Sequence record: OZ335963.1
DNA: 64,000 nucleotides
Direction: 5' to 3' (one strand)
DNA from: a phage
The notes under the pieces were generated by a model. It did no database searches, was not told the DNA's origin, and was given only the letters and a program-made list of their open reading frames with translations. Both the position numbers and the translations under genes were made by a program. Below, one piece after another: positions 12,004 to 23,332 of the stretch (within the stretch, counting starts at the first letter, position 1; the number at the start of each line of letters is the position of its first letter).

Positions 12004-12506
12004 TTAAAAATATTTTTTAAAACTCATCATAACTTTATCATCAACATCATTATCAATCTGTGCTACAAGATAAGATGAAAGTTCTACTTCTTGTGGCGCG
12101 GATTGAACATTATCAGAATTAAGGTATTCACGAATCCAAGGATACGGATGTTTAACCGGAGCATCGGTAATTGGGCATGGAAGACCACACTGTTTCATAC
12201 GAGATACAGTCAAGTAATCAATAAAGTTCCACATGCTATTTGTATTTAATCCAGGAACATCGCCATCTTTAAATAAATGAACTGCCCAGTCTTTTTCTTG
12301 ACGGTTAACTTCCATGAAAATATCAACTGCTTCTTGTTCACACTCTTGGGCGATTTTAACCCATTCATCACCATCAGTGCCAAGTTGAAGTTGACGAATA
12401 ATATATTGGGTGCCTTTAAGGTGAAGCTGCTCATCACGTGCAATAAACTTCATAATCTTGGCATTACCTTCCATGATTTCCATGTTCTTATGGAAGTTGA
12501 AAGTAC
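12004..12506 (-). CDS. nrdB: ribonucleotide reductase small subunit NrdB, exon 2
   Basis: Encodes ...TFNFHKNMEIMEGNAKIMKFIARDEQLH...; joined to exon 1 it reconstitutes FYVSFAC|TFNF, cf. E. coli R2 FYVSFACSFAF. Confidence 0.75.
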
Positions 12507-13597
12507 CGTTATGTTCGATTGAGCTCGCTAATTCTCAACCCGTTCTCTTATGAACTGCTACATATTACTATGCAGACCAGACTATATCACAATCCCAGAG
12601 GGATTCTCCCCATTTCGAGTCGCTTGACCCTACGTCCGAAGACTAGTCGTTGAACCTTGCTTTGCAATTGTCGCCGTGCCATCGTTTATATGTTGATGGT
12701 GATAAATCTTTCTTATCACAATATGGACAATTCAATTGAATTCTATTTGGATTTAATTTACATCTGTCATTATGTTTTAGATAAAATCCAGGACCTTTAC
12801 CAATGTGACCGCAGAAATCACATGTGATTTCTTTTTGTGCAGGATGGGTCCCGTTCTTAACCATTTCTAATGTTTTTGCTGATGTTCTTTTCTTATGGTC
12901 TTCTGACAAGAAATGATGTGAACCGTCATTTACCCGTTTTGATTGAGTTTCTGACTGCATTTTACCACCGCAAAATACATGAGTACCTTCTTTTATAGCT
13001 GCAATATTGCGTTCTTTAACTTTTGCAATATGCTCAGCTTGTTGAAAATTATGTATACCTAATGCAACTCTATTTAAATTAGATTTACGCTGTATTTCAC
13101 CGTCTAAAAGATGAAATGTACCATTTTCTATCTTAGATTTAATAGAGGCAATATTTTTAGCTCGTACTTCAGGGATATTAAAAATCTGGATTTCTCTAGA
13201 TTTTGCGGCTTTAGAAGCTAATTCAGAAATTTCTTCAGGAGAATATTTCATTCTAAGCTTTATAGCATGACAAGCCTGGTAATCTTTTTGAGCTAAATGT
13301 ATATCATAATGTTCCTGTATAGAAAGGCACATCAAATTATCTAAATCATTATTTTCACGGTTACCGTCTTTATGATGGATTTCGTATGTTCTTCCATCAG
13401 AATCTTTAGGTATAGGTCCGTTAGCATCTATCCAAATTTTTCTATAGTTCAATTGTGCATCCTCTTAAAAGTATAATCATATTTATATTATACTAATTAA
13501 AGGTGCAAGCAAAACCTTGGCTGCTAGTTTTCCTATAAAGGACTTTCCAGCAATTAAAGGAGTTTTCGATAAACGTTACCGTTTAAAGGCGCATTTT
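12507..13597 (-). mobile_element. group I self-splicing intron in nrdB (~1091 nt) carrying a homing-endonuclease ORF
   Basis: NrdB frame is broken by stop codons right after FYVSFA and resumes ~1.1 kb later; proposed exon 1 ends in U and intron ends in G. Exact splice sites are inferred. Confidence 0.7.
12643..13452 (-). CDS. I-TevIII: intron-encoded HNH homing endonuclease, full length 269 aa (I-TevIII-like)
   Basis: HNH motif EIHHKDGNRENNDLDNLMCLSIQEHYDIH plus C-terminal Cys clusters (CDFCGH...CPYCDKK); lies wholly inside the nrdB intron, with its own AAGAGG SD. Confidence 0.8.
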   Translation of the reverse strand: MNYRKIWIDANGPIPKDSDGRTYEIHHKDGNRENNDLDNLMCLSIQEHYDIHLAQKDYQACHAIKLRMKYSPEEISELASKAAKSREIQIFNIPEVRAKNIASIKSKIENGTFHLLDGEIQRKSNLNRVALGIHNFQQAEHIAKVKERNIAAIKEGTHVFCGGKMQSETQSKRVNDGSHHFLSEDHKKRTSAKTLEMVKNGTHPAQKEITCDFCGHIGKGPGFYLKHNDRCKLNPNRIQLNCPYCDKKDLSPSTYKRWHGDNCKARFND

Positions 13598-14273
13598 ACG
13601 CAAAAGATACATAAAAACGAATAGCTTCTAAGGCATTAATGACATGCAGGCAGAGATAAAGAGATTTCATTAGTGCTCGTTTAGCTTCGGCTTCTTGTTT
13701 AATAGCTCGATTTAAACGAAAATCAGCATCAGGAGATTCTTTAGCTAGTTCTACAAATTCTTTAGCATTTTCCCATTCACGGGTCTTCTTAAGAACATCA
13801 TCGTAATAGCGACCAATGGACTCAGCACGTTTCATAATATCTTCATCTAATACAATCTCATCAAATACCTTTGATGGATCAGTATAAAGATTTCGCATGA
13901 TATGAGTATATGAACGACTGTGAATAGTTTCACTAAAAGTCCATGTAGCAACCCATGTATCAAGACTTGGATCTGAAATTAATGACATAAGTACAGCAGA
14001 CGGTGCACGACCCTGAATGCTATCTAGAAGTGATTGATACTTCAGGTTATTAGTAAAAATATCTTGCTGATACTGAGGAAGCTTATTAAATTGTGCAGCA
14101 TCCATCATCAAGTTTACTTCTTCAGGACGCCAGAAAAATGACAACTGCTTTTCGGTTAAATCTTCAAAAACTTTATGACGTTGAATATCATAACGCGCAA
14201 TACCAAGACCTGAACCGAAGAACATGGGTTCTTTTAAAACATCAACTGGATTTGTATTAAAAACTGTGCTCAT
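13598..14273 (-). CDS. nrdB: ribonucleotide reductase small subunit NrdB, exon 1
   Basis: MSTVFNTNPVDVLKEPMFFGSGLGIARYDIQRH...EAIRFYVSFA, class Ia R2 N-terminal two-thirds. Confidence 0.8.
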
Positions 14274-14324
14274 AAATTTTCCGCTTAGTTAATAGATAGT
14301 GACTCGTCCGTGAGTCAAATTATA

Positions 14325-16589
14325 TCATAATTTACAGGATGAACAATCTTCAGCTTTTGGAGTTTCTATTTCATAATCATCAGTACCAGAACCGTCACGG
14401 GTATTATGATAATAGAAATTTTTTCCGCCAAAATACCAAAAATATAAAAGGTCATCAATCATTATTGACATTGGAACCTTTCCTTTTGGAAAAATCTGCG
14501 GGTCATAATATGTATTCGCTGAAGCTGATTGACACACCCATTTCAGCATAATAGCTACTTGCGTAAGATAAGGTTTATTGCCTTTCTTGGCTAATTTCCA
14601 TGTATAATCATAGAGGTCTATGTTGTGCTCAATATTGGGCACGACTTGATTAAAGGAGCCCTCTTTTGATTCTTTAACAGAGACTGGTCCACGTGGAGGC
14701 TCGATACCGTTTGTACTGTTAGAAACTTGGGAAGATGACTCACATGGCATAAGTGCTGATAATGTGCTATTACGGATGCCAAAGAGCTTAAGGTCTTCCC
14801 GCAGCGACGACCAGTCACAAACGTATTTTGGAGCTGCGATTTGGTCAATCTTTTTATTGTACCAGTCGATAGGTAATTCGCCTCGAGACCAACGAGTGTC
14901 TGAATAATATTCGCAAGGTCCTTTTTCTTTGGCGAGCTTAATGGATGCTTTAATGAGTCCATACTGTAGTCTCTCAAATAGTTCATGCGTTAAATCGTTA
15001 GCATCTTCATAAGAAGCAAAATTACTTGCCAGCCAAGCTGCATAGTTAGTAACACCTACACCAAGATTTCGACGCTTTTTAGCTTTTTCTGCTTCAGGAA
15101 CCGGATATCCTTGGTAGTCCAAAAGATTATCAAGAGCACGAACTTGGACTTCTGCCAATTCATTAATTTTATCTTGGTCTTGCCAATCAAAGTTATCTAA
15201 CACAAATGCAGATAACGTGCACAATCCAATTTCAGCATCAGGACTATTCACATCATTTGTTGGAATAGCAATTTCACAGCACAAGTTACTCTGACGAATA
15301 GGTGCCTTTTCACGAATAAATGGAGTATAGTTATTCGTATTATCAATGAACTGTACATAAATCCTTGCTGTTCCTGAGCGTTCAGTCATGAGCAATTCAA
15401 ACAGTTCACGGGCTTTAATACGCTTTTTACGAATATTAGGGTCTTTTTCTGCAGCTTCGTATAATTCACGGAAACGGTCTTGGTCTTTAAAATAAGAATA
15501 GTAAAGTTCGCCACCCATTTCATGCGGACTGAACAAAGTAATGTAATCATTCTTTCCAAATCGTTCCATCATCAAATCATTCAGCTGGACGCCATAATCC
15601 ATATGACGGATACGGTTTTCTTCTACACCTTTGTTATTTTTCAAAACGAGAAGATTTTCAACTTCCAAATGCCAAATAGGATAATAAGCAGTAGCAGCGC
15701 CGCCACGAATTCCACCCTGTGAGCATGATTTAACAGCAGTTTGAAAATGTTTCCAAAAAGGAATAACACCAGTATGACGTACTTCACCTGTGCCAATCTT
15801 AGAACCTTCGGCACGAATCATACCAACGTTAATACCAATTCCAGCACGTTTGGAGATATATTCAACAATTGAAGCGGAAGCCTTATTGATAGACTTTAAT
15901 GAATCACCTGCCTCAATAACAACGCATGAACTAAACTGTCGAGTTGGAGTACGACAACCAGCCATAATAGGAGTTGGCAGTGAAATCTGTCGAGTAGATA
16001 CTGCTTCATAAAAACGAATAACGTGTTTTAGTCTATCAACAGGTTCATCTTGATGCAATGCCATTCCAATAGTCATAAATGCAAACTGTGGAGTTTCATA
16101 AATTTTACCGGTGGTTTTATCTTTAACTAGATATTTTTCTTTTAATTGCATCGCCCCGGAATAAGTAAATTCCATATCCCGCTCGTGCTTAATTTTTGAT
16201 TCTAAAAATGTAATTTCTTCTGCTGAATATTTTGACAACAATTCAGGGTCGTATTTACCTTCATTTACACAGTAAGAAATATGGTCAATAAATGAACGTG
16301 GTTCATACTGCCCGTAAACATGCTTACGAAGAGCAAACATTAAGCAGCGTGCAGCTACATATTGATAATCAGGCTCTTCAACTGAAATAGAATTCGCAGC
16401 AGCCTTAATGACAATAGTCTGAATGTCATCAGTTGTCATTCCATCACGGAGATATGATTTAATATTTTCATATAATTCATAAGGATCTACAGATGTTCCT
16501 TCAGCTGCCCAAGATAAAACTTTAATAATTTTTTGCGGATCAAAGCTCTGAGAAACACCACTACTTTTGATAACATTAATTAATTGCAT
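14325..16589 (-). CDS. nrdA: ribonucleotide reductase large subunit NrdA, 754 aa
   Basis: 754-aa class Ia R1-like protein immediately upstream of nrdB; length matches T4 NrdA. Confidence 0.95.
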   Translation of the reverse strand: MQLINVIKSSGVSQSFDPQKIIKVLSWAAEGTSVDPYELYENIKSYLRDGMTTDDIQTIVIKAAANSISVEEPDYQYVAARCLMFALRKHVYGQYEPRSFIDHISYCVNEGKYDPELLSKYSAEEITFLESKIKHERDMEFTYSGAMQLKEKYLVKDKTTGKIYETPQFAFMTIGMALHQDEPVDRLKHVIRFYEAVSTRQISLPTPIMAGCRTPTRQFSSCVVIEAGDSLKSINKASASIVEYISKRAGIGINVGMIRAEGSKIGTGEVRHTGVIPFWKHFQTAVKSCSQGGIRGGAATAYYPIWHLEVENLLVLKNNKGVEENRIRHMDYGVQLNDLMMERFGKNDYITLFSPHEMGGELYYSYFKDQDRFRELYEAAEKDPNIRKKRIKARELFELLMTERSGTARIYVQFIDNTNNYTPFIREKAPIRQSNLCCEIAIPTNDVNSPDAEIGLCTLSAFVLDNFDWQDQDKINELAEVQVRALDNLLDYQGYPVPEAEKAKKRRNLGVGVTNYAAWLASNFASYEDANDLTHELFERLQYGLIKASIKLAKEKGPCEYYSDTRWSRGELPIDWYNKKIDQIAAPKYVCDWSSLREDLKLFGIRNSTLSALMPCESSSQVSNSTNGIEPPRGPVSVKESKEGSFNQVVPNIEHNIDLYDYTWKLAKKGNKPYLTQVAIMLKWVCQSASANTYYDPQIFPKGKVPMSIMIDDLLYFWYFGGKNFYYHNTRDGSGTDDYEIETPKAEDCSSCKL

Positions 16590-16906
16590 AAGTCCTCAAC
16601 TTGAAAATCGTCTTTAAACAATCGGTTAACTATATGAGCTATTATATCACCATGACACGGCTTTGGTTTACATGTGCATCCTAGCCTCATTCCACGTAAA
16701 GGCTCTAAATGTGCTTTAGTTATTTCTCCGGATTTAATTCGACGTATAAAATCTTTTTTGAATAATTCAATGGCAGCCTCCCGGCTGCCAGCATCTTTAC
16801 CGACGTAATTTCCCCAAAATGTACCACGGTGAATATTAACATCAAAGTCGGATTTATATTTATTCACTACCTGGCATAGACGGCCCGCGCGGTGATAATT
16901 CGTCAT
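16580..16906 (-). CDS. hypothetical protein, 108 aa
   Basis: ORF between td and nrdA. Confidence 0.5.
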   Translation of the reverse strand: MTNYHRAGRLCQVVNKYKSDFDVNIHRGTFWGNYVGKDAGSREAAIELFKKDFIRRIKSGEITKAHLEPLRGMRLGCTCKPKPCHGDIIAHIVNRLFKDDFQVEDLCN

Positions 16907-17135
16907 ATTGTTTTTCCGTTAAAACAGTAATATCATAATAACAGTCAGAAGAAGTTTTAACTGTGGAAATTTTATTATCAAAATACTCACGGGTCATTTT
17001 ATGAGTATAATATTTTTTGCCATAAATGATAATAGGCTGATTTGGTCCTGGAACTTCTAACTCACTTGGGTTAGGAAGTGTAAAAAGAACGACACCAGAA
17101 GTATCCTTAAATCGTAAAATCATATATCCTCTCAA
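16860..17135 (-). CDS. hypothetical protein, 91 aa
   Basis: ORF between td and nrdA. Confidence 0.45.
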   Translation of the reverse strand: MRGYMILRFKDTSGVVLFTLPNPSELEVPGPNQPIIIYGKKYYTHKMTREYFDNKISTVKTSSDCYYDITVLTEKQYDELSPRGPSMPGSE

Positions 17136-17146
17136 TTAAATTAAAA

Positions 17147-18006
17147 TTACACCGCCATCTTTCCTTTAATTGGCGGGTGAGATACATAGTTGTTAAGAAC
17201 AAAATTATGCGGCTTTGCGAATTGACTCAACCAAAATACCTGCGATTCTGTGTCCCATTCATCAAATTCATCTGGAAATTTTAATTGTAATTCGCATAAA
17301 TCCATAGGTTCACGACGCAAAATTTCTTTACATTGTTCTACGTGATTCATATAGATATGAGTATTACCACCAGAAAATATCAAATCTCCTGGAATAAGAT
17401 TACACATCTTAGCTACAATATGAACTAACGTAGCATATGATGCAATATTAAATGGAAGACCGAGGAAAACATCTACCGAACGTTGATACCACTGCAGATC
17501 CAAATAGCCATTACGCACATTAAACTGATAGAACATATGACAAGGTGGTAATGCCATTTGCTTAAGTTCTGCCGGATTCCATGCTGAAACAATTTGACGT
17601 CTATCATTTGGCAGTTTTTTAATACGTTCAACAACTTCTATAATTTGGTCTACGCCACCAAAATCGCGCCACTGTTTTCCATAAATTGGACCAAGTTCAC
17701 CGCTATGGTATCCTAAATCTTTTGCTTGTTTTTCGTAATTTTCATCCCAGACTGTTTTGCCTTGAATTAATGAATCATGTTGAATTAATCGCAAATCATT
17801 GACATTTGTGCTTCCCGATAAAAACCATATTAGCTCAGCAATGCAAGCTTTCCAGGCAAGCTTCTTAGTCGTTACTGCAGGAAAACCTTTAGTTAAATCC
17901 CAGCGTAATTTAGTACCGAACAAAGCAATTGTTCCTGTGCCTGTTCGGTCATCGGTTTCATAACCATTTTCAAAAATGTCTTTAATTAAATCCTGGTATT
18001 GTTTCA

Positions 18007-18007
<1 letters not shown>
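17147..18007 (-). CDS. td: thymidylate synthase, 286 aa, uninterrupted (no intron)
   Basis: MKQYQDLIKDIFENGYETDDRTGTGT...PPCHMFYQF...: one continuous ORF covering the whole enzyme including the active-site region. Confidence 0.95.
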
Positions 18008-19039
<1,032 letters not shown>

Positions 19040-19047
19040 TTTATCTC

Positions 19048-19383
19048 CTAATATAAAGGATCGGGAACATATCCACTAGCTTTAATCATTTTAATTAACG
19101 TTAACATTCCTTTATTAACGGCTCGCGAGATTTCATCAAAAACTTCATCACTAAAAAGTTCTAACACGCCCTTCTGAACTTTTAATTTACAGCCAACAAT
19201 TTCGTCATCGCCTATAGTAAATTCGTTTCCGCCAATTCCACCAAAAAACTTAATTACGCCAGTTAACTGTCTTCCACGAGAATATGGGTCATGTGATAAA
19301 GTAATATGAGTCACCCCAGGTACAGTTTTAAATTGGCAGCGAATGTTTACTCGGGAAATTCCAGTTACATGAATGTCAGACAT
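19048..19383 (-). CDS. hypothetical protein, 111 aa
   Basis: ORF between gene 32 and frd. Confidence 0.5.
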   Translation of the reverse strand: MSDIHVTGISRVNIRCQFKTVPGVTHITLSHDPYSRGRQLTGVIKFFGGIGGNEFTIGDDEIVGCKLKVQKGVLELFSDEVFDEISRAVNKGMLTLIKMIKASGYVPDPLY

Positions 19384-19393
19384 AATATTTTCC

Positions 19394-19636
19394 TCAAACA
19401 GACTTTTTCACAATTTTCCAATCAGCTTTAAACTGTTCAACATCAGAATGGTAAATCCAAAATCCTGCGCTTTCTCCATCCTCATAAAGCGGGCATCCAT
19501 CACATTCATCTTCCCATCCCATATCACGCAAAAGACGTTCAGCTTTTTCAACGAGTTCAGAATCTTTACCGATGATATTAAAATACCATTTACCTCTAAC
19601 TTCTGAATCTTTAATACTCTGACGTTGTAATCTCAT
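19394..19636 (-). CDS. hypothetical protein, 80 aa
   Basis: ORF between gene 32 and frd; early-promoter-like sequence just upstream (19640-19690). Confidence 0.45.
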   Translation of the reverse strand: MRLQRQSIKDSEVRGKWYFNIIGKDSELVEKAERLLRDMGWEDECDGCPLYEDGESAGFWIYHSDVEQFKADWKIVKKSV

Positions 19637-19690
19637 TTTATTCTCCTTAGTTGATAGGGTAATAGTATCACACTACTACCCTTCTGTAAA

Positions 19691-20071
19691 CTACTTTTTG
19701 AAAGTTTTTCGCAAAAGTTCAATGATTTCATCTACATTGTTTTCGTCAACAACGCAGTGAATTTTCGTTACGCCGGAAATCTTGTCTTCGACTTCATCTT
19801 CTTCAGAAGTCGGTTCTTTATACTCACGAAAACAATGAAATTCATCTTCGCAAATTTCTAAAAGTCTATCTTTAAGGTAAAAATGCTTTCCATTTGCGCA
19901 TTCAATGTGTTTTACGGCTTTATATCCATTAGCGACTGAAACTTCTTTAACTTCAAACCATCCGCCATTATCTCGAATAGCTTTAACTATTGATGAATTG
20001 GAACGTGGGCTATAATTAATAAATGTATCAATAAGTCTTGGAACAAGTTCATACTTTCGACCAGTATACAT
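19691..20071 (-). CDS. hypothetical protein, 126 aa
   Basis: ORF between gene 32 and frd. Confidence 0.5.
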   Translation of the reverse strand: MYTGRKYELVPRLIDTFINYSPRSNSSIVKAIRDNGGWFEVKEVSVANGYKAVKHIECANGKHFYLKDRLLEICEDEFHCFREYKEPTSEEDEVEDKISGVTKIHCVVDENNVDEIIELLRKTFKK

Positions 20072-20115
20072 TGTGTTTTCCTCATTTTAACGGGGCTGTA
20101 ATAGCCCCTTGATAA

Positions 20116-20367
20116 TTATTGTTCAATCAATCCCATGTAAAATTCTGCGTCTTCAGAATCCATACCATCACAGTATTCATTAGCCATAAATCGTTCAAGA
20201 ACTTCTAAAGGACCTTCAATAACAATAGAAAAATTGCAATAATTGGGATCATCATGAATACTTGTGATACTAAGTTCAGGATAACGATTACGAATAATTT
20301 CTTCAATATATTCAAAATCAACGATGTCAATATCAACTTTAGCCATATTATTTTCCTCTTTAATCAT
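20116..20367 (-). CDS. hypothetical acidic protein, 83 aa
   Basis: ORF directly downstream of the 70-bp promoter module. Confidence 0.45.
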   Translation of the reverse strand: MIKEENNMAKVDIDIVDFEYIEEIIRNRYPELSITSIHDDPNYCNFSIVIEGPLEVLERFMANEYCDGMDSEDAEFYMGLIEQ

Positions 20368-20390
20368 CAGCAGTATTGCCGATAGTTGTA

Positions 20391-20419
20391 TAGTACCACA
20401 GTATGCTTTGGTTGTAAAC
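20391..20419 (-). promoter_or_regulatory. T4 early-type promoter (GTTTAC / TACTAT) inside a 70-bp exact repeat
   Basis: Minus sense GTTTAC-spacer-TACTAT; the same 70 bp recurs at 37317-37386. Confidence 0.5.
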
Positions 20420-20450
20420 CGTTTTGTGAAAAAAATTTTTGAAATAAAAA

Positions 20451-20469
20451 GGGGACCTCTAGGGTCCCC
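20451..20469 (-). terminator. intrinsic terminator downstream of gene 32
   Basis: GGGGACC-loop-GGUCCCC hairpin followed by U-run on minus-sense RNA, ~20 nt after gene 32 stop. Confidence 0.6.
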
Positions 20470-20491
20470 AATTAATTAGTAATATAATCTA

Positions 20492-21400
20492 TTAAAGGTC
20501 ATTCAAAAGGTCATCCAGGTCCGTGTCATCAGCACTAGATGAACTGCCAGAGCTTGAGCTCATAAAATCATCTTCAGTTTTTGTTTTGAAGTCATCAACA
20601 TTGAATGCATCCAAATCATCAGCAACTTTATCAGCTTTCTTAGCGGCAGTCGCTGCGGCACCACCCATAGCAGCAGTTCCCATAACTTGACTGAACTTAG
20701 TGCTCAGTTCTTCAAACGATTTGAATTTATCTTTAGAAGTCATTTCAGAAAGGTCAACCATTTGTTCGAACAATTCTTTCTGGAAAGATTCATCATCAAT
20801 GTTTGGAATCGCAGATTGATTCAGGAATTTAGATTCGTCGTAGTTACTAAAACCAGAAACTTGTTTAACTTTCAGTACAAAGTTAGCACCTTCCCACGGA
20901 CAAGTTACATCAACCGGAGTTTCACCCATTTCAACATCAACTGCAATCATTGCATTGATTTTATCCCAGATTTTCTTGCCGAAACGGTATTTAAATACTT
21001 TACCTTCATTTTCTGGAGTAGCTGGGTCTTTTACTACAAGAATGTTAGCCCAGTAAGAAGTTTTACGTTTAACAAGACCGTACTCTTTATTGTCAGTGTT
21101 GTACAAATCATTTTTACTGATGTACTGACATACTGGACAGGAATCGTAATCACCGTGGGTAGATGAACATGTTTCAATATACCATTTACCATTTTTCTTG
21201 AAACCGTGATTTACAAGAATTGCGAATGGTGCTTGTTCATCATTTTTAGACGGAAGAAAACGAATTACTGCTTGACCGTTACCCGCATTATCGAGTTTCA
21301 GTTTCCACTCGCCTTTATCTTCAGAAGAAAAACCACCTTTATTGCCATTCAGTTTAGCCATTTGTGCAGCAAGTTCAGCAGTAGATTTACGTTTAAACAT
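20492..21400 (-). CDS. 32: single-stranded DNA-binding protein gp32
   Basis: [50 protein letters not shown]... with zinc-ligand region [10 protein letters not shown] and acidic C-terminal tail; matches T4 gp32. Confidence 0.95.
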   Translation of the reverse strand: MFKRKSTAELAAQMAKLNGNKGGFSSEDKGEWKLKLDNAGNGQAVIRFLPSKNDEQAPFAILVNHGFKKNGKWYIETCSSTHGDYDSCPVCQYISKNDLYNTDNKEYGLVKRKTSYWANILVVKDPATPENEGKVFKYRFGKKIWDKINAMIAVDVEMGETPVDVTCPWEGANFVLKVKQVSGFSNYDESKFLNQSAIPNIDDESFQKELFEQMVDLSEMTSKDKFKSFEELSTKFSQVMGTAAMGGAAATAAKKADKVADDLDAFNVDDFKTKTEDDFMSSSSGSSSSADDTDLDDLLNDL

Positions 21401-21454
21401 TTTATTTCCTTTTTAATTTAATTTAATTAACAGTTGGTGCTATGACACTTTACC

Positions 21455-22087
21455 TCATAGCTGGCATAATTCGCAATACTCTGGGTCTTCGAGAGGTATC
21501 CAACCTGAGTTGAAATACTTTACCATCGATTTAGCAGTTGTATCAGTTATATTTATATTACCTTTAACTCTTCGCCATCCAGGAGTTTTACCGTAAAGAT
21601 TAGAGGATAATAATAACACATAATTCTCGTAAGCAATATGAGATAATTTCCAAGACTCTATATTAGCTCGTGATGTTTTCCAAGGTCTAAAATCGTCACG
21701 GTTCATATAATTAGCCAATCTCATATGCTCTCTAACTTCCGGGTCTTTGGCTGGATGAGTTTCACCACTCACACCAAATCCACCACCAGCATATACCAGA
21801 TTAAAATAGTCTGGATTATCTCTGGCATTTACTTCAAGTTGGTATTTTCGCTCTGCTTCAATAACATCCAAATCATCATCAATTTGAATTATTTTAACGC
21901 TTGGTTTTTGAAGCATTACTGCATTCAAAAATCTTTTTTGTTTGCATGAGCTCCAGTATTCCTTTCCGGAAGAGTCATATATTATTCCGTTCTCAAATGA
22001 GCAATTTAATTTACTACCGATATAGTAGTATGGCGGAGTCTTATTTTTGACACGGTCTTCAAATGTAAACCAATATACTATATTCAT
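21455..22087 (-). CDS. segG: GIY-YIG homing endonuclease (SegG-like), 210 aa
   Basis: N-terminal VYWFTF...YYIGSK GIY-YIG motif; free-standing between genes 32 and 59. Confidence 0.7.
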   Translation of the reverse strand: MNIVYWFTFEDRVKNKTPPYYYIGSKLNCSFENGIIYDSSGKEYWSSCKQKRFLNAVMLQKPSVKIIQIDDDLDVIEAERKYQLEVNARDNPDYFNLVYAGGGFGVSGETHPAKDPEVREHMRLANYMNRDDFRPWKTSRANIESWKLSHIAYENYVLLLSSNLYGKTPGWRRVKGNINITDTTAKSMVKYFNSGWIPLEDPEYCELCQL

Positions 22088-22088
22088 A

Positions 22089-22742
22089 TTAATACTTGCA
22101 AGATTTCACAGTTTCAATAAAAACACTTTTAGCTTTCTGTGAATCAATATTTAAAATTTTTCTATAAGCCTTTAACTTTATAGAATAATTATTCCAGACT
22201 AAATTATCAGTCTGTTCATCATGTTTATCGATTATATTTAAAAACGAATCAAGCAAGATAAACGTCTCAAACGAAATTATATTCGATTGAAGTAGTTTAA
22301 AAATATAACTTGATTGAACTTTTGGATTATACTCAAAGATTTCTTTAAAAGCAGAAACTTCAACTTTTTTACTAAAATAATAAATGTTGCGAATATCTTC
22401 TTCAAACTTAAATTTAATTTGCTTTAAGCGTCCGATATATTCACGATAAAACACAAGTGCATCAGCGTCAGAGATGTCACCAATCCAAGCATCTTGGTTA
22501 GCAACGAGATTGCTTATAAAGATTAAAGCAAGTTCCTTTAATTTATATTTTTCTGATAACTTCTGGAAAAAATACTTATCCCTTCGCTTTTGATAAGCGG
22601 CATCAGACACCCGCATGCACCAATTATACTTAATTACATCATACTTTCCATTCATATGTTGTTTTATCATTAAGTATAATTTATAAACTGATTTACCATC
22701 AATGTATCTTTCACCACCAGCAGGCATGCGGAGTTTAATCAT
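22089..22742 (-). CDS. 59: helicase loader gp59, 217 aa
   Basis: Size and position between 32/segG and 33 as in T4. Confidence 0.8.
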   Translation of the reverse strand: MIKLRMPAGGERYIDGKSVYKLYLMIKQHMNGKYDVIKYNWCMRVSDAAYQKRRDKYFFQKLSEKYKLKELALIFISNLVANQDAWIGDISDADALVFYREYIGRLKQIKFKFEEDIRNIYYFSKKVEVSAFKEIFEYNPKVQSSYIFKLLQSNIISFETFILLDSFLNIIDKHDEQTDNLVWNNYSIKLKAYRKILNIDSQKAKSVFIETVKSCKY

Positions 22743-23077
22743 AGTAGAAAATCTAATGTATTAGTTTTTTCACAACGAACAACAGAAGGACGTAAAAGAT
22801 TTTCGTCAATAGCTTCTGACTGAATTTTTTCAATTATACCCGAAGGAATAAATTTAGCAAATTGAGTTTCAGGAATAGAATTTTCTTCTAAGAATGCTGT
22901 TGTAGCTTCAAGATAACTCATTCCAAACTCTTCTACCATTTTTTCAATTATAAATCCATTTTCTTGACGGTCAAGAAGCTTTGCAATTTCATCTTTTTCT
23001 TTCTTAATTGAAAGTTCTTTTTCTGAAAGACCGGTCTCATCGACCGGACGAATATCATTTAGAGAAAACTGTGTCAT
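22739..23077 (-). CDS. 33: late transcription co-activator gp33
   Basis: ~112-aa ORF between 59 and dsbA; position-based. Confidence 0.7.
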   Translation of the reverse strand: MTQFSLNDIRPVDETGLSEKELSIKKEKDEIAKLLDRQENGFIIEKMVEEFGMSYLEATTAFLEENSIPETQFAKFIPSGIIEKIQSEAIDENLLRPSVVRCEKTNTLDFLL

Positions 23078-23324
23078 AAAGTTCAACTACCTCTTCAGTT
23101 TCAGCTTCAAACACATCACGGTTATCTTTATGATACAAAGCTAACAGACGATTAAACATCTTGCCATCAACACCAAGTTCATCTTTGGCACGAATTCGAA
23201 TATCTTTAATCAATTCATTATAACCAGAAATTTTCAGTTTATGATCAGATGCTTCTTTAATAAATTTAGCCAAGTCTTCGCCATGGATAGCTTCATCAAA
23301 TTCAACCATTTCTTTTTTAGCCAT
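23055..23324 (-). CDS. dsbA: DsbA (double-stranded DNA-binding late transcription modulator), 89 aa
   Basis: 89-aa ORF between rnh and 33; position/size-based. Confidence 0.7.
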   Translation of the reverse strand: MAKKEMVEFDEAIHGEDLAKFIKEASDHKLKISGYNELIKDIRIRAKDELGVDGKMFNRLLALYHKDNRDVFEAETEEVVELYDTVFSK

Positions 23325-23332
23325 TATTCACC

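Noticed and set aside
20687-21166. 159-aa plus-strand ORF
   Set aside because: Lies entirely antisense within gene 32.
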